Position numbers and translations under genes: made by a program
DNA from: Candidatus Latescibacterota bacterium
GTDB lineage: Bacteria > Latescibacterota > UBA2968 > GCA-2709665
DNA: 64,000 nucleotides
NCBI GenBank assembly: GCA_965203805.1
Contig: OZ241917.1
Span: forward strand, 5,760,001-5,824,000
Direction of reading: 5' to 3'
In this document: piece after piece, positions 27,191 through 37,526 of the stretch
How the letters are laid out: every line of letters begins with the position of its first letter
Position numbering within the stretch: the first letter of the stretch is position 1
Notes under the pieces: generated by a model
What the model saw: only the letters and a program-made list of their open reading frames with translations
What the model was told of the DNA's origin: nothing
The model's database searches: none

Positions 27191-28876
27191 ATGCCCACCA
27201 TCACCGTGATCAGGAAAGACCTCGAACGGCTCGCGGGTCAGGCCTACGACCTGCCCGAGCTCGAACGCGCCCTCGAGGCCGTCAAAGCCGAGGTCAAGGT
27301 CGAAGACGACGATCTGTTGAAGATCCAGCTGAAGGATACCAATCGGCCGGACCTGTGGTCGTCGGAGGGTGTCGCCCGGCTGCTCAAGGGTCAACGCGAG
27401 GGTGTGCACGAACCCTATGGGTTTTTCGATGACCCGCCAGGGGAACTCGAACTGCGCGTCGACCCCGCGCTGGAAGGCCTCCGTCCCTACATCGCCGCCT
27501 TCGCCTGCGAAGGGATCTCGGTGGACGAAGCGGCCCTCGATCAGCTCATCGAGGCTCAGGAAAAACTGGCGGAAGGCTACGGGCGCGGTCGAAGCGCCGT
27601 CGCCATCGGCATCTACGACGCTTCCGACGTCGCCTTTCCCGTCCGCTACGCCGCGGCCGATCCGGATGCGACCCGCTTTGTCCCGCTGGGGATGGAGACC
27701 GGGCTGACCCTTCGGGATATCCTGAGCGAACACGCCACGGGCCGAACGTACGCGCACCTGCTGGAAGGCTTCAGCGCCTTTCCCCTCATCACCGACAGCC
27801 GGGGCGAGGTCCTCTCCATGCCTCCCGTGATCAACAGCCGGAACCCGGGCGCGGTTGAGGTCGGGGACTCGTTTCTCTTCTGCGAGGCCACCGGAACGGA
27901 CCTCGACGCCGTGCTGCTTTCCGTTGCCATCATGGCCGCCAACATGGCCGACCGGGGAGGACGCATCCTGCCCGTGAACACCATCTATCCTTACGATACG
28001 CCGCGCGGGCGCGAGATCCGGTGCCCTCTGGATATGACCGAAACCGTCGAAGTCGACCTGGACGACCTCCGGCGCGTGATCGGCGGCGCCATAGACAACG
28101 AAAGCATCGAACGCGCCCTGGCCGCCATGGGGTACCGGGACGTCGCGCTGGACCGCAACCGCGTCCGGGCCCGGCCGGCGCCGTACCGGGACGATATCCT
28201 CCATCCCGTGGACCTCATCGAAGACGTTATCGTGGCGGTGGGCTTCGACAACTTCGAACCCGAATTGCCGCACGATTTCACCGTTGGCAAGTCCGCGCCC
28301 GAGGAGGACCTTGCCGACCGCATCCGCGGCCTGATGGTCGGCTGCGGATTCCAGGAAGTCTTTCTGCCGATTCTCTCGTCGCGCGCCGACCTGACGGAGG
28401 GCGTGCGCGACACCGGCGCCGGGATTGTCGAGATCTCCAACCCTATGTCCGAGAACTACAGCGCGGTTCGTAACGCCCTGCTGCCCGGGCTTCTGCGCGT
28501 GGAAGCCGCGAGCCGGAAAGCCCCCTATCCCCATCATATCTTCGAGGTGGGCGAGGTCTGCGTCATCGCGCGGGACGACCTTTACGGCACCCGTACCGAA
28601 ATCTGCCTGGCGGCGCTGGAGGCCCACGCCGACGCCAATCTCTCGGGGATCCAGAGCCATCTCGAAGCCATCGCCTACTACCTCGGATTCGACTATCGTC
28701 TCACGCCGTCCGAGCACCCCACGTTTCTGCCCGGGCGGGCGGGCGAAATCCGTTTGGACGGGAATCGCTTCGGCATCATCGGCGAAATCCATCCCGAGGT
28801 TCTGGAGAACTGGGGAATATCCGTGCCCGTGAGCGCGTTCGAGGTCAACATCGATATCGCCGGAACGCAATCGTAA
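27191..28876 (+). CDS. pheT: Phenylalanyl-tRNA synthetase beta subunit, short archaeal-type
   Basis: MPTITV start, NRPDLWS.EG, VLSMPPVINS, R.DILH.VD..ED, GEIHPEVL; 561 aa. Confidence 0.95.
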   Translation: MPTITVIRKDLERLAGQAYDLPELERALEAVKAEVKVEDDDLLKIQLKDTNRPDLWSSEGVARLLKGQREGVHEPYGFFDDPPGELELRVDPALEGLRPYIAAFACEGISVDEAALDQLIEAQEKLAEGYGRGRSAVAIGIYDASDVAFPVRYAAADPDATRFVPLGMETGLTLRDILSEHATGRTYAHLLEGFSAFPLITDSRGEVLSMPPVINSRNPGAVEVGDSFLFCEATGTDLDAVLLSVAIMAANMADRGGRILPVNTIYPYDTPRGREIRCPLDMTETVEVDLDDLRRVIGGAIDNESIERALAAMGYRDVALDRNRVRARPAPYRDDILHPVDLIEDVIVAVGFDNFEPELPHDFTVGKSAPEEDLADRIRGLMVGCGFQEVFLPILSSRADLTEGVRDTGAGIVEISNPMSENYSAVRNALLPGLLRVEAASRKAPYPHHIFEVGEVCVIARDDLYGTRTEICLAALEAHADANLSGIQSHLEAIAYYLGFDYRLTPSEHPTFLPGRAGEIRLDGNRFGIIGEIHPEVLENWGISVPVSAFEVNIDIAGTQS

Positions 28877-28919
28877 ATGCCGAACGAGGCCGCGGAATCC
28901 TGCCGCCAACACGGATAAC

Positions 28920-30278
28920 TCAACCGTTACTCCCCAGGATTTCGTAGACTCTCGGCGGATGACGGTGGTCCCCGACCTCGCGGAACAGCGCTTCGGCCTT
29001 TTGCATCATCCCGGCGCGGCCGTAATAATAGATCAGGTTGCCGGCTTCGTTGGGTCTGCGTGCAAGCGCCCATACCTTTTCCTGTAGGCCCACGGCCCGT
29101 TTCCAATCTCCCAGGTGAAATGCCAGATACGTACCCATCTGCCTGAGTGCGACGTACGCCCAGACGGTCTTTTTGTCCAGTCTGTACACCCGCTCATATA
29201 GCGGATAGGCCTCGGCCCAACGTTTCTGCCGCGCAAGCGACAGTGCCAGGTAGTTGAGACACTCCTGGTTGTCCGGGGCGTATCCGGCCGCTCGCCGCGC
29301 AACCGCCTCCATTGCTTCGAATTCCCGCTTCCACAGGAACATCTGCGATTTCGCGGTAAGCGCGACGATGTCATCCGGAGCATGCGAGAGCCGGGCATCG
29401 CACAGCACGATGCAGCTGTCAACCGCCCGTGCCTGCGCTTCTGCGTCGTGCCGCCGCGCGGCAGCGAGCGCCATCGCAACCTCGATCGAATCCGGCCGCG
29501 CCTTTGCGGCTCTTTGCAGCGTTGCCGCTTCTTCCTCGGTTGGTCCATCGAACGGGTCGCCGGTACGGCCCAGTTCCATCATCGCCGCGGGATGGTCGGG
29601 GCATACTTCCAGCGCTTCCCTGAACCGCGCCCGAGCCGCATCGGTCCTCAGGTACAAACGATCTGTCCGTCCCTGCTCCAGGAGACGGGCGATGGTCTGC
29701 GCGACGAAACCGTCGGGCAGGTCGTTCCTGCTCCTTTCGTCCCGTGCCATGCGGAAGACCTCCTTTTGAAGCTGCCTGCGCGCCCGATAGAGGCGCTGTT
29801 TTACAGCCCCCTGGGTCGATCCCACCCGAAGGGCCACGTCCCGGATGGTATATCCCTCAAGATAATGCAGCGTGAACGCACGTACGCTGGCGCCCGGAAG
29901 GCGCGCGAGCAGTTCCTGTATTGCCGCGTTGCGAAGAACCGGTTCGTCACGACGTGGTTTCGGTTCCGTCGCCGTGCCGGCCGATTCGTTCATGGCCAGC
30001 CGCCGTCGAACCTGCCTCAGCCTGTTCAGGCAGAGGTTCCGAAGGATCCGGCCGACCCATGGTAGAAAACGGGAGGGATCCTCCAGTGCATCCAGCCGCA
30101 CAAATGCTTTCAGGAATGCCTCCTGAAGCGCATCCCGTGCGTCTTCGTCGGCGTGCAGGTAACCCAGCGCCTGGCGGAAGAGGCGATTTCCGTGGCGCTT
30201 CACCAGGGTCTCGAAAGCGGCGAGGTCGCCCGAACGCACTGCGGCGACCAACCGGGCGTCTGTTGACGGATTTTCCAT
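28920..30278 (-). CDS. ECF sigma factor with C-terminal TPR extension
   Basis: D..LV....GD..AF..LV, DA.DA.QEAFLKAF, AVKQRLYRAR, then TPR-like helices. Confidence 0.85.
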   Translation of the reverse strand: MENPSTDARLVAAVRSGDLAAFETLVKRHGNRLFRQALGYLHADEDARDALQEAFLKAFVRLDALEDPSRFLPWVGRILRNLCLNRLRQVRRRLAMNESAGTATEPKPRRDEPVLRNAAIQELLARLPGASVRAFTLHYLEGYTIRDVALRVGSTQGAVKQRLYRARRQLQKEVFRMARDERSRNDLPDGFVAQTIARLLEQGRTDRLYLRTDAARARFREALEVCPDHPAAMMELGRTGDPFDGPTEEEAATLQRAAKARPDSIEVAMALAAARRHDAEAQARAVDSCIVLCDARLSHAPDDIVALTAKSQMFLWKREFEAMEAVARRAAGYAPDNQECLNYLALSLARQKRWAEAYPLYERVYRLDKKTVWAYVALRQMGTYLAFHLGDWKRAVGLQEKVWALARRPNEAGNLIYYYGRAGMMQKAEALFREVGDHRHPPRVYEILGSNG

Positions 30279-30387
30279 GGGTCTACCAGAAAGACACCGC
30301 ACCGTGGAGGCAGGTAACACCCCGGACTCGTGAGGCGTAGCTTCCACGCAAAGTTGAAAGCCGATTATTCCTGTATCCCAAAAGTAC

Positions 30388-30427
30388 AACAACGGGTTAC
30401 GTCAATTCGACGTAACCCGTTGTTTTT
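30388..30427. terminator. Terminator downstream of tRNA-Leu
   Basis: AACAACGGGTTACGTC-AATTC-GACGTAACCCGTTGTT. Confidence 0.8.
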
Positions 30428-30515
30428 TGGTGCCGAAGGGGGGATTCGAACCCCCACGAGCACAAGGCTCACTGCGCCCTGAACGCAGCGCGTCTACCAG
30501 TTCCACCACTTCGGC
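30428..30515 (-). tRNA. tRNA-Leu (anticodon CAG)
   Basis: GCCGAAGTGGTGGAACTGGTAGACGCG-CTGCG TT CAG GG CGCAG-long variable arm-GGTTCGAATCC-CTTCGGCACCA. Confidence 0.97.
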
Positions 30516-30560
30516 ACATGAGCCATGGGCCTGGAGCCGGAACCCGCAGACCGGAAAGGA

Positions 30561-30589
30561 AATATATAAAACCGCCTCGACCTTGTCAA
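30561..30589 (-). promoter_or_regulatory. tRNA promoter
   Basis: Minus-strand TTGACA N17 TATATT. Confidence 0.7.
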
Positions 30590-31020
30590 GATTCCTCGGC
30601 CGCGAACAGGTTGCGGAATCCTCCGGGCATCCGCTTCGGTTTCCGGGTGGCGTAATCCAGGAAGGCGATCCCGGTTTTCGCCCGGGCGACTTCGATGCCG
30701 GTGTCCCGGTCGGTTACGCGGTAATAGATGTCGCATCCGATGCGGGTCAGGCCATCGACGGCGACGTGAAAGGTCAGGGTCTGGCCGTAAAACGCTTCGG
30801 ACTTGTACTGGATGACGGCGTCGACCATGATGATGCCCACCCCGTCCACGTTCAGTTCGGTGAAGCCGTGGCTTTCGAGAAAACGCACCCTGGCCTCGTG
30901 GACGAGCGACAGGACGGCGTTGTTGTCCATGTGCCCGCCGTAATTGATATCGGATACGCGAAGCCGGACGTCGGTAGCGAAACCGAAGGTCTCGGGAAGT
31001 TCGAGCTTGACGCGAGACAT
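30586..31020 (-). CDS. Thioesterase (hot-dog fold)
   Basis: RVSDINYGGHMDN...HEAR.RF. Confidence 0.88.
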   Translation of the reverse strand: MSRVKLELPETFGFATDVRLRVSDINYGGHMDNNAVLSLVHEARVRFLESHGFTELNVDGVGIIMVDAVIQYKSEAFYGQTLTFHVAVDGLTRIGCDIYYRVTDRDTGIEVARAKTGIAFLDYATRKPKRMPGGFRNLFAAEES

Positions 31021-31123
31021 GATCGAGAATAATCTACGCAGGTGGTGGAGGTTGCGGGTTAAGGGAAAACAAGCCTGAGAGGGTAGATTCAGTATTGTGG
31101 TTGATATTAGATTTCGGTCGATA

Positions 31124-31149
31124 AAAAAGCCCAGGCGGCGGCCTGGGTT
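31124..31149 (-). terminator. Rho-independent terminator
   Basis: AAAAAAGCCCAGGC-GGCG-GCCTGGGTT; U-tract on the minus strand. Confidence 0.7.
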
Positions 31150-31176
31150 ATCTTCATCAACAGAATCTACTCCTGG

Positions 31177-31479
31177 TCACTTATTCAGGGCTTGGTAGAA
31201 CTGATCATGATTTCCAATTTCAATGACCTCAATTGCTGTAACAACGTCATCCTCTCCATATACTCGAAAGGCAATACGAAATTTGTCATTTAAATAAGCC
31301 TTCCAGACATTTTCCCACATATGTTCGAAATGTCTACCAGGTAATTGTATGCCTGCTTCTATTTCGGAGAAAAACCGCTCTACTTGATACTTGATGGTTG
31401 GATTACGATTAAGACGTTTTAATTTTTTATGTACGGTCTTATTAAATTCACGTATCTCGACAGGTGGTTTAAAAACCAT
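31177..31479 (-). CDS. RelE/ParE-like toxin
   Basis: 100 aa, W.A.LN.KFRI.F...IEIG.HD.FY C-terminal RelE/YafQ-like pattern; AT-rich. Confidence 0.7.
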   Translation of the reverse strand: MVFKPPVEIREFNKTVHKKLKRLNRNPTIKYQVERFFSEIEAGIQLPGRHFEHMWENVWKAYLNDKFRIAFRVYGEDDVVTAIEVIEIGNHDQFYQALNK

Positions 31480-31488
31480 GTTCGAATC

Positions 31489-31989
31489 CTACAGACTGGC
31501 AAGAGCGGCCTTTGCTGACGAGTACGTCCTTTTACTTTTCGGTTGTTCATTGGCAAGCAATACCATAATCCACCAACGATATTCCTGAAAATAGGCTATA
31601 ATTTCACAGGTTAATTGGTCAACAACCTTGAGTTTTTCGTACAAATTCACCTTTTTATATATTTCCTCCAAAGATGCCAAAAATCCCCGCCAATCTTTAA
31701 ATTCTTGTTCCGCCTCCTCGATTTGCCGTATCGTATTTTCAGGATCATTATCTATGCAACCGTCCTGAATATATCTCTCCGGCGCTTTTTTCAACGTTTC
31801 AAAAGCCTGAGCTGCATCGTCACGTAATTTCGTGAATTTCCTTATCTCTCCATCCAACATCTGTCGTTTTTCTTCAATTTCGCGAATTTGAGCACGCGTG
31901 AGATAGCCTGTCTTGCGTCTTTGTTGCGAAATCTTATAAATGATCTGCGATTCTGCAACATCTAAAGATGGAGTTATCACCGCTGGCAT
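31489..31989 (-). CDS. Coiled-coil hypothetical protein, putative cognate antitoxin
   Basis: AGGAGG SD; directly upstream of the RelE-like gene; AT-rich. Confidence 0.55.
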   Translation of the reverse strand: MPAVITPSLDVAESQIIYKISQQRRKTGYLTRAQIREIEEKRQMLDGEIRKFTKLRDDAAQAFETLKKAPERYIQDGCIDNDPENTIRQIEEAEQEFKDWRGFLASLEEIYKKVNLYEKLKVVDQLTCEIIAYFQEYRWWIMVLLANEQPKSKRTYSSAKAALASL

Positions 31990-32178
31990 TGTCTTCCTCC
32001 TTTACAAAACCAGGCCGTACGCTAAACCCTTCAATCGCAAACCCATAGCATAAAAGCCACATATTGCAATATACGTGAATTGGACGTTTAGGGCAATTCC
32101 ATTTAAATTCTGTCCACCCATGTAAATTCCGTTATCTACTCCTACCTCCTGATCTTTCCATACAAGCCCGACCACACG

Positions 32179-35100
32179 TCAGGGCAGCGTCAGCCGCCAC
32201 ACGTCGTTCACGACCGGCCATGTATTGCCCGCAACAACCCAGAGGCTGTTCCGGAACACGTAGCACGTGGATTCGTGACGGGGTGCAAAGCGGGTGTCGG
32301 GTTCGAATTCGCGCCACTCGCGGCCGTTTTCGGTAAACCAGACGTCGCCCAGGTTCACCGAATTGGCGTTGTCGTACCCGCCGATGATCCAGAGTTTGCC
32401 CGCGTAGACCTTCGGAATGAACCACATCCGCGGCGACCAGGGGGCGTGTTCGAGTACGCGCGTCCAGTTGACGCCGTCCTCCGAACACCAGACGTCGTTC
32501 AGGGTCGTGTAATGCGGGTAGCCCTTTTCGGGCGGGTGGTTGCGCCCGTCGATCCGGCCCCCCATCACCCACAGCCTGTTGTCGTACGCGGCCACGGCGG
32601 CGGCGGACCGGTCTCCGTAAGGGGCGTTGGACGCGACCTGTGTCCAGTCGACGCCGTCGCCGGTGTGCCAGACGTCGGTACCGCTGCCAAGCTGCCACAT
32701 GCGGTCACGGTGGACAACCAGTTCGCCGTAGCCCCTCGGCCCGAAGGGGGTTTCTTCCAGTACCCTGGTCCAGTCGACGCCGTCCGGCGATGTCCAGACG
32801 CTTCCCTTCACGGCCCACATCCTGTCCTTGTAGGCAATCATTTCGCTATAGCCGTCGTAGGGCGTGGCTTCGCTTACCAGATGCCAGCTGATGCCGTCGG
32901 ATGAGTTCCAGAGGTCCCGGGTGAGGATACCGGAATGGTAGTAGGCGTTGCTGATCCAGAGCTTGTCCTGAAACACAACGTCTTCGGACGTATCGCGCGG
33001 GGTGAACGGCGCGTTGCGGACCAGGTTGATCCAGTCGCCGGTTCGGGTGGCGTTGACGTCGGCCGTGTTGATGCGCATGCTGGACACGGTGGGGATTTCG
33101 ATCGTTGCCGGGCCGGTCCATGAGCGCCCCGGAAAGAAGAGGAGGCGGCCGCCGTCCGCCGTGATTTCATACCCGGGGTCATCCTCCAGTTCGATCAGGG
33201 CGCCGCCGGCGTCCGGGTGATGGATGGCTTTGATCGTGTGCCCGTAGGTGAACCCGTCGCCGTCCGTCACAATGCCGGTGAGGCCCGCGAGGTCCACGCC
33301 GGTGGGAAGATCGGCGTCTAGGACGAGCCCGTCCACGTCGTCGCCGTCAGCCTTGCGCAGTGTCTTGAGGACGTTCCCGCAGCGCGTGCCCCGGCCGCCG
33401 AGCCTGCGGTTTCCTTTCTCCAGCAGCGTGCCCCCGATCAGAATCATTTCTTCAACTTCGCCGCCTCGTTCTCTGACGAAGCCGACTCGCCCCTGGAAGC
33501 GGAGGTCGCCGCACTCGAGCGTGCGGTTCTCGTCCGACGCGGACAGGATATAGTCTGTGACGCCGCCGGCGTCGACTCTCAGGACGATGTCCTCGCCGGT
33601 GCCGCCTTCCGCGTCGAGGCGGTCCACGCCGGTGACGGCGGGCCGGCCGCCGCGGGGTTCCAGGACGGTACTGAAGAGGGTGGAGAGGTTCTCGCCTTCG
33701 CGGCGGTGGATGAGCATGGGCATGGTGACGGCGTCCAGCCGGTTGTCATCCTCGTCGGCATTCCGGATGGAGGGCGCCCGGGCGGTGAAGAGGTCACCGC
33801 CGGGACCGGTGAGGCTGTAGACGCGGACCGAACCCTCGGGTGACGCCTGGCTGGTGAACGTCGCACGCCACGGCCGGGTGACTCCGGCGCGCCGTACGTC
33901 GCGTATGAACGCGTATCCCAGGTTGTGTCCCCCGGCGTCGCCCTTGACGCTCTCTCCGGTGGGCAGGGTGGCGGTCACGCCCGCGGGGAGCAGCGTTTCG
34001 CCATAGGGCCTGGCGGGGAGGTCGGTTTCAACGGCGCCGTCGTGGTCCGCGTCGCCCGCCAGGATGTACTCGTGACGATGGCCGCCCGTGACCCGGAACA
34101 GGTCGACGACGTACGTCTGTTCGGGCGAGAGGCCGATCTGTAGCAGCATCCGCCGGTAGGTGGACGTGACGCCCGGATAGGCGCGGTCGCCCGAGGCTTC
34201 GATCGCCTGGAACGTGTCGCTGTGCGGGACGAAGAGCAGGAGGTTGCCGTCCGAGGGCGCGTTTTCGGAGCCGAACGCCTGGTCCTTGCCGTCCACGGCA
34301 ACCGTGTTATGCGACAGCGTGCTGATCGTCCAGCACCGGTGGCGCGTGTGGGTATAGCCGATGTCGCTCAGGCGCTCCTGGCCGCGCGCGTAGAGGGTGA
34401 TGCTCAGGAGATCCGCGTGCTGGTGGCCGTATCCGCCGGAGAAGTGGAGGTACGTCTGGGTGCGGTCGTCGCCGCTTCCCGTACTCAGGCGGGCGTGGCC
34501 CATGCCCGGCAGGAGCATGGGACCCGTCGACTCGGGGGCGTCTCGCCGTTCTTTCGCCCATGTGTCATGGGTGGGGACCACGCGGCCGTTGGGATAGCGG
34601 AGAAGCTCCGGGATCTGCCGGGCTTTTTCCAGAATGGGAAAACGGGCGTTCAGGTCCAGATTGTCGTAGCGCTCCCCGTCTTCGGGATGCACATATTCGT
34701 CCGGGTCGCTGTAGCCGTCCAGTCTTTCGATGACCTGCCGCAGCCCGCCGATGGTCTGGTTGTGGTACGAGACCGCGCCTTCGCGCCATACGCCGTCCAC
34801 GAGGAAGTTGGCAGCGATGAGCCGGGAGATGCGGTCTACCACGGCATGAATATAATCCGGTTCCTTCAGAACCCTCCCCGCGGCGACCATGCCCCGCAGA
34901 AGCGTGGGATCCATGTTTCCGAGCGCCGGCGGGAATCCCCGGACAAAGGCCACGCTCGCATGGAAAAACCCGTCTTCGATGCGTCGAATCCCCGGTTCGT
35001 CCAGTTCACCGCTGTCCCGGATCAGGTCGTAGGCGTAGATCAGATTCTCCGGTATGTCCATATAGGCCCACCAGTCCCACTTGGAGGCGCGATAGTCCTG

Positions 35101-35724
35101 GACCGGATAGGGAAAGCCCTGGCTGCCAGGGAAGATGATCTTCTGCCGGAAGGGCAGGTCGTGGTGGACGCAGTATCCCGGATAAACCTCGGCGAAGCGG
35201 TTCAGAATGAGGGCCGCACGCCGGGCGAAGGAACGGTCTCCCGTCGCAAAGTAGAGTGTCGCCAGGTCATAGGCGGCGTTGGCGAACCAGGCCCGCGCCC
35301 GGTACCACCCCTTCGCCTGGAAGAAGTGCCTGTACCCGGAGTCGTCCTCCCAGTACGGATACGCCTGTGTCTGGCCAACGGGATTGACGACGCTCAGGAT
35401 TTCGGTGTCGGGGAATTTTGCGTTGGGATATTTCAGGCCGCAGTACTTGCAGAAGACGCGGTCCGGGTCTTCGATCGTCCAGTCGATCTGGCCCTCCTGG
35501 GCGCCGCCGTCGCAGTTGGGACAGTCCACGAAATAGATGCCCGCGCGGTCTGGAATGAGGCGCAGAAGTTCGCGTTCCGGCAGCGAAATGACGGGTTCGA
35601 GGTTCCGGCGCAGGCGCTCCACGTCGGAATCGTCCAGGTCGGGCGGAAAGACAGGGTCCGCGCCGGCGGGGTCCGGCCGGAGTGCGAGAAGGATCAGGAC
35701 GAGTACGAGGGCGAACATCAGCAT
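32179..35724 (-). CDS. Secreted heparinase II/III-like protein with C-terminal Kelch-like repeats
   Basis: Signal peptide; EG..SYH, GHQH.D.L.I, DIGY, T..HNTV.VDG; C-terminal W..GG/DVW.S.DG.W repeats. Confidence 0.8.
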   Translation of the reverse strand: MLMFALVLVLILLALRPDPAGADPVFPPDLDDSDVERLRRNLEPVISLPERELLRLIPDRAGIYFVDCPNCDGGAQEGQIDWTIEDPDRVFCKYCGLKYPNAKFPDTEILSVVNPVGQTQAYPYWEDDSGYRHFFQAKGWYRARAWFANAAYDLATLYFATGDRSFARRAALILNRFAEVYPGYCVHHDLPFRQKIIFPGSQGFPYPVQDYRASKWDWWAYMDIPENLIYAYDLIRDSGELDEPGIRRIEDGFFHASVAFVRGFPPALGNMDPTLLRGMVAAGRVLKEPDYIHAVVDRISRLIAANFLVDGVWREGAVSYHNQTIGGLRQVIERLDGYSDPDEYVHPEDGERYDNLDLNARFPILEKARQIPELLRYPNGRVVPTHDTWAKERRDAPESTGPMLLPGMGHARLSTGSGDDRTQTYLHFSGGYGHQHADLLSITLYARGQERLSDIGYTHTRHRCWTISTLSHNTVAVDGKDQAFGSENAPSDGNLLLFVPHSDTFQAIEASGDRAYPGVTSTYRRMLLQIGLSPEQTYVVDLFRVTGGHRHEYILAGDADHDGAVETDLPARPYGETLLPAGVTATLPTGESVKGDAGGHNLGYAFIRDVRRAGVTRPWRATFTSQASPEGSVRVYSLTGPGGDLFTARAPSIRNADEDDNRLDAVTMPMLIHRREGENLSTLFSTVLEPRGGRPAVTGVDRLDAEGGTGEDIVLRVDAGGVTDYILSASDENRTLECGDLRFQGRVGFVRERGGEVEEMILIGGTLLEKGNRRLGGRGTRCGNVLKTLRKADGDDVDGLVLDADLPTGVDLAGLTGIVTDGDGFTYGHTIKAIHHPDAGGALIELEDDPGYEITADGGRLLFFPGRSWTGPATIEIPTVSSMRINTADVNATRTGDWINLVRNAPFTPRDTSEDVVFQDKLWISNAYYHSGILTRDLWNSSDGISWHLVSEATPYDGYSEMIAYKDRMWAVKGSVWTSPDGVDWTRVLEETPFGPRGYGELVVHRDRMWQLGSGTDVWHTGDGVDWTQVASNAPYGDRSAAAVAAYDNRLWVMGGRIDGRNHPPEKGYPHYTTLNDVWCSEDGVNWTRVLEHAPWSPRMWFIPKVYAGKLWIIGGYDNANSVNLGDVWFTENGREWREFEPDTRFAPRHESTCYVFRNSLWVVAGNTWPVVNDVWRLTLP

Positions 35725-35860
35725 GTCGGGACATCCTCTCGGTTCTGAACGATTCGCAAAGGCTGCAACGCACATGTCGGAAACGAGCGGCCGGCGTCGG
35801 TTCGCGCGCCGGAAGACGGTCGGGTTCTAAACGTCGCACCGTCGGGGTTCGCGGCGTGCG

Positions 35861-37426
35861 TCATGGTCGGCTCGCCGGCGATGCGTTGCGGCGCAGCACC
35901 CTGCCCGGCAGCGCGCCGGTGGGGGCGCCCCCCTCCACGGCCGGCGTCCCGTTGACCAGCACGTACTGGATCCCCACGGGACCTCCGGTGGGGTTCTCGA
36001 ACGTGGCGGTTGAGTTGACGGTCTCCGGATCGAAGATCACGATGTCGGCGGCGTTGCCTTCGGCGATTTCGCCGCGGTCGGCAAGGCCGAATCGCCGGGC
36101 GGGGAAGCCGCTCATTTTGTGGATGGCTTCCGTGAGAGAGAGAAGCTTCTTCTCGCGGACGATTTCGCCGGGTACGCGTGCAAAGCACCCGAATCCCCTG
36201 GGGTGGGGGTGGCGCACGTTGTAGATGCCGTCGCTCGCGACCATCATCCGAGGGTGCGTTGCGGTATTCCTCACCGTGGTTTCGTTGTTTTCGGGGGTGT
36301 CCTGCCACGGGAAAATGTACGTGGACAGGCCGTCCTCCTCCAGGATGAGATCGTAGGCGAAGTCCTCCGGAGCGACGCCCGCCCCCGCGGCCAGGTCCGA
36401 CAGGGTGGCGCCGACGTAGCGTCCTGATCGGGTATGACCGACCACCTGGTTGCACGCGCCCAGCCAGCCGCGGAGATGGGGAAGGACCCGTTCCTTCACA
36501 CCGGGGTCCGCCAGGTGATCCAAGACGTCTGCCGGAGCGCCGATCTGGTCCGGGACGGGAAGCATGATGGTCATGTGGGACATGCCGGCGGGGTAGAGAT
36601 AGGACTCGAAGGTGAGGTCGATATCCTCCCTGTCGGCAATATCGAGAAGCTCGGCCCCCTCCCGGTCTGCCCGCTCATGGGAATGGTGGACGGGAATGCC
36701 GGACTGCCGGAAGATCTCGAAGGTCTCCTTCCAGGCATCCGCGCGACCCAGTATGTGGTTGCGGACGTGGGCGGCGTAAATGCCGCCGTAGGAAGCGGCC
36801 ACTTTGCACAGTTCCACCAGTTCGCGCAGGTCGGAATTTGCGCTCGGCTGGTAGTCCAGCCCCAGGCAGAGGCAGCCCGCGCCCGCTTCCATCCATTGCC
36901 GCACCAGGTCGGCCATGGCGTCGATCTGCGTATCGGTGGCGGGACCGGGCGACCAGCCGCAGACGTTCAGACGCACGGCGCAGTGGGGCACCTGCGGGTA
37001 GACGTTGCAGGGACTGTTCCCGGGAAACAGGTTCAGGTAGTCTTCAATGGATTCCCAGGTGAGGTCCAGATCCGCCGATCCGGCGGCGAACCGGGTGTAC
37101 TCCCACATCTGCCCTCGCAGGTCCGGAGACAACGGCGCCCATCCGAAGCCGTCGGGCGCGAGGAGCTGCGTCGTAACGCCCTGGACGACACCCGCAAAAC
37201 GGTGGATTCCGGTCAGAAGGGCGGGCTCGCAATGCACGTGCACGTCGATGAATCCGGGGCAGACCACGTGGCCGCGGGCGTCGATCTCCCGTCTCGCCTC
37301 AACATTCGAGAGGTTGTCCACGGCGGCGATCCGGTCGTCCTGTACGGCGATATCCGCCGGGAACGGGTCTCCACGGCCTGTCCCGTCGACCACGAGGCCG
37401 TTGCGGATGAGGGTGTCGAACGTCAT
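35861..37426 (-). CDS. N-acyl-D-amino-acid deacylase family amidohydrolase
   Basis: IRNGLVVDGTG, PGFIDVHVH, HPRGFGCFAR, DRG.I..G.AADIVIFDP. Confidence 0.9.
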   Translation of the reverse strand: MTFDTLIRNGLVVDGTGRGDPFPADIAVQDDRIAAVDNLSNVEARREIDARGHVVCPGFIDVHVHCEPALLTGIHRFAGVVQGVTTQLLAPDGFGWAPLSPDLRGQMWEYTRFAAGSADLDLTWESIEDYLNLFPGNSPCNVYPQVPHCAVRLNVCGWSPGPATDTQIDAMADLVRQWMEAGAGCLCLGLDYQPSANSDLRELVELCKVAASYGGIYAAHVRNHILGRADAWKETFEIFRQSGIPVHHSHERADREGAELLDIADREDIDLTFESYLYPAGMSHMTIMLPVPDQIGAPADVLDHLADPGVKERVLPHLRGWLGACNQVVGHTRSGRYVGATLSDLAAGAGVAPEDFAYDLILEEDGLSTYIFPWQDTPENNETTVRNTATHPRMMVASDGIYNVRHPHPRGFGCFARVPGEIVREKKLLSLTEAIHKMSGFPARRFGLADRGEIAEGNAADIVIFDPETVNSTATFENPTGGPVGIQYVLVNGTPAVEGGAPTGALPGRVLRRNASPASRP

Positions 37427-37526
37427 GGGATACACCTTCTGAGAAGCGCGTTGGCGGGCCGGTTGAGATTGCGGACTGAAGATAAACAGGATTTCTCTTC
37501 GGCGCACCGGATTTCAAACCAGCTTC

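Noticed and set aside
30427-31032. 201 aa + strand ORF
   Set aside because: Overlaps the tRNA-Leu and thioesterase genes on the opposite strand.
30388-31200. tRNA-Leu as integration site of the AT-rich islet
   Set aside because: No duplicated tRNA 3' end or integrase seen, and the islet lies on the 5' side of the tRNA.
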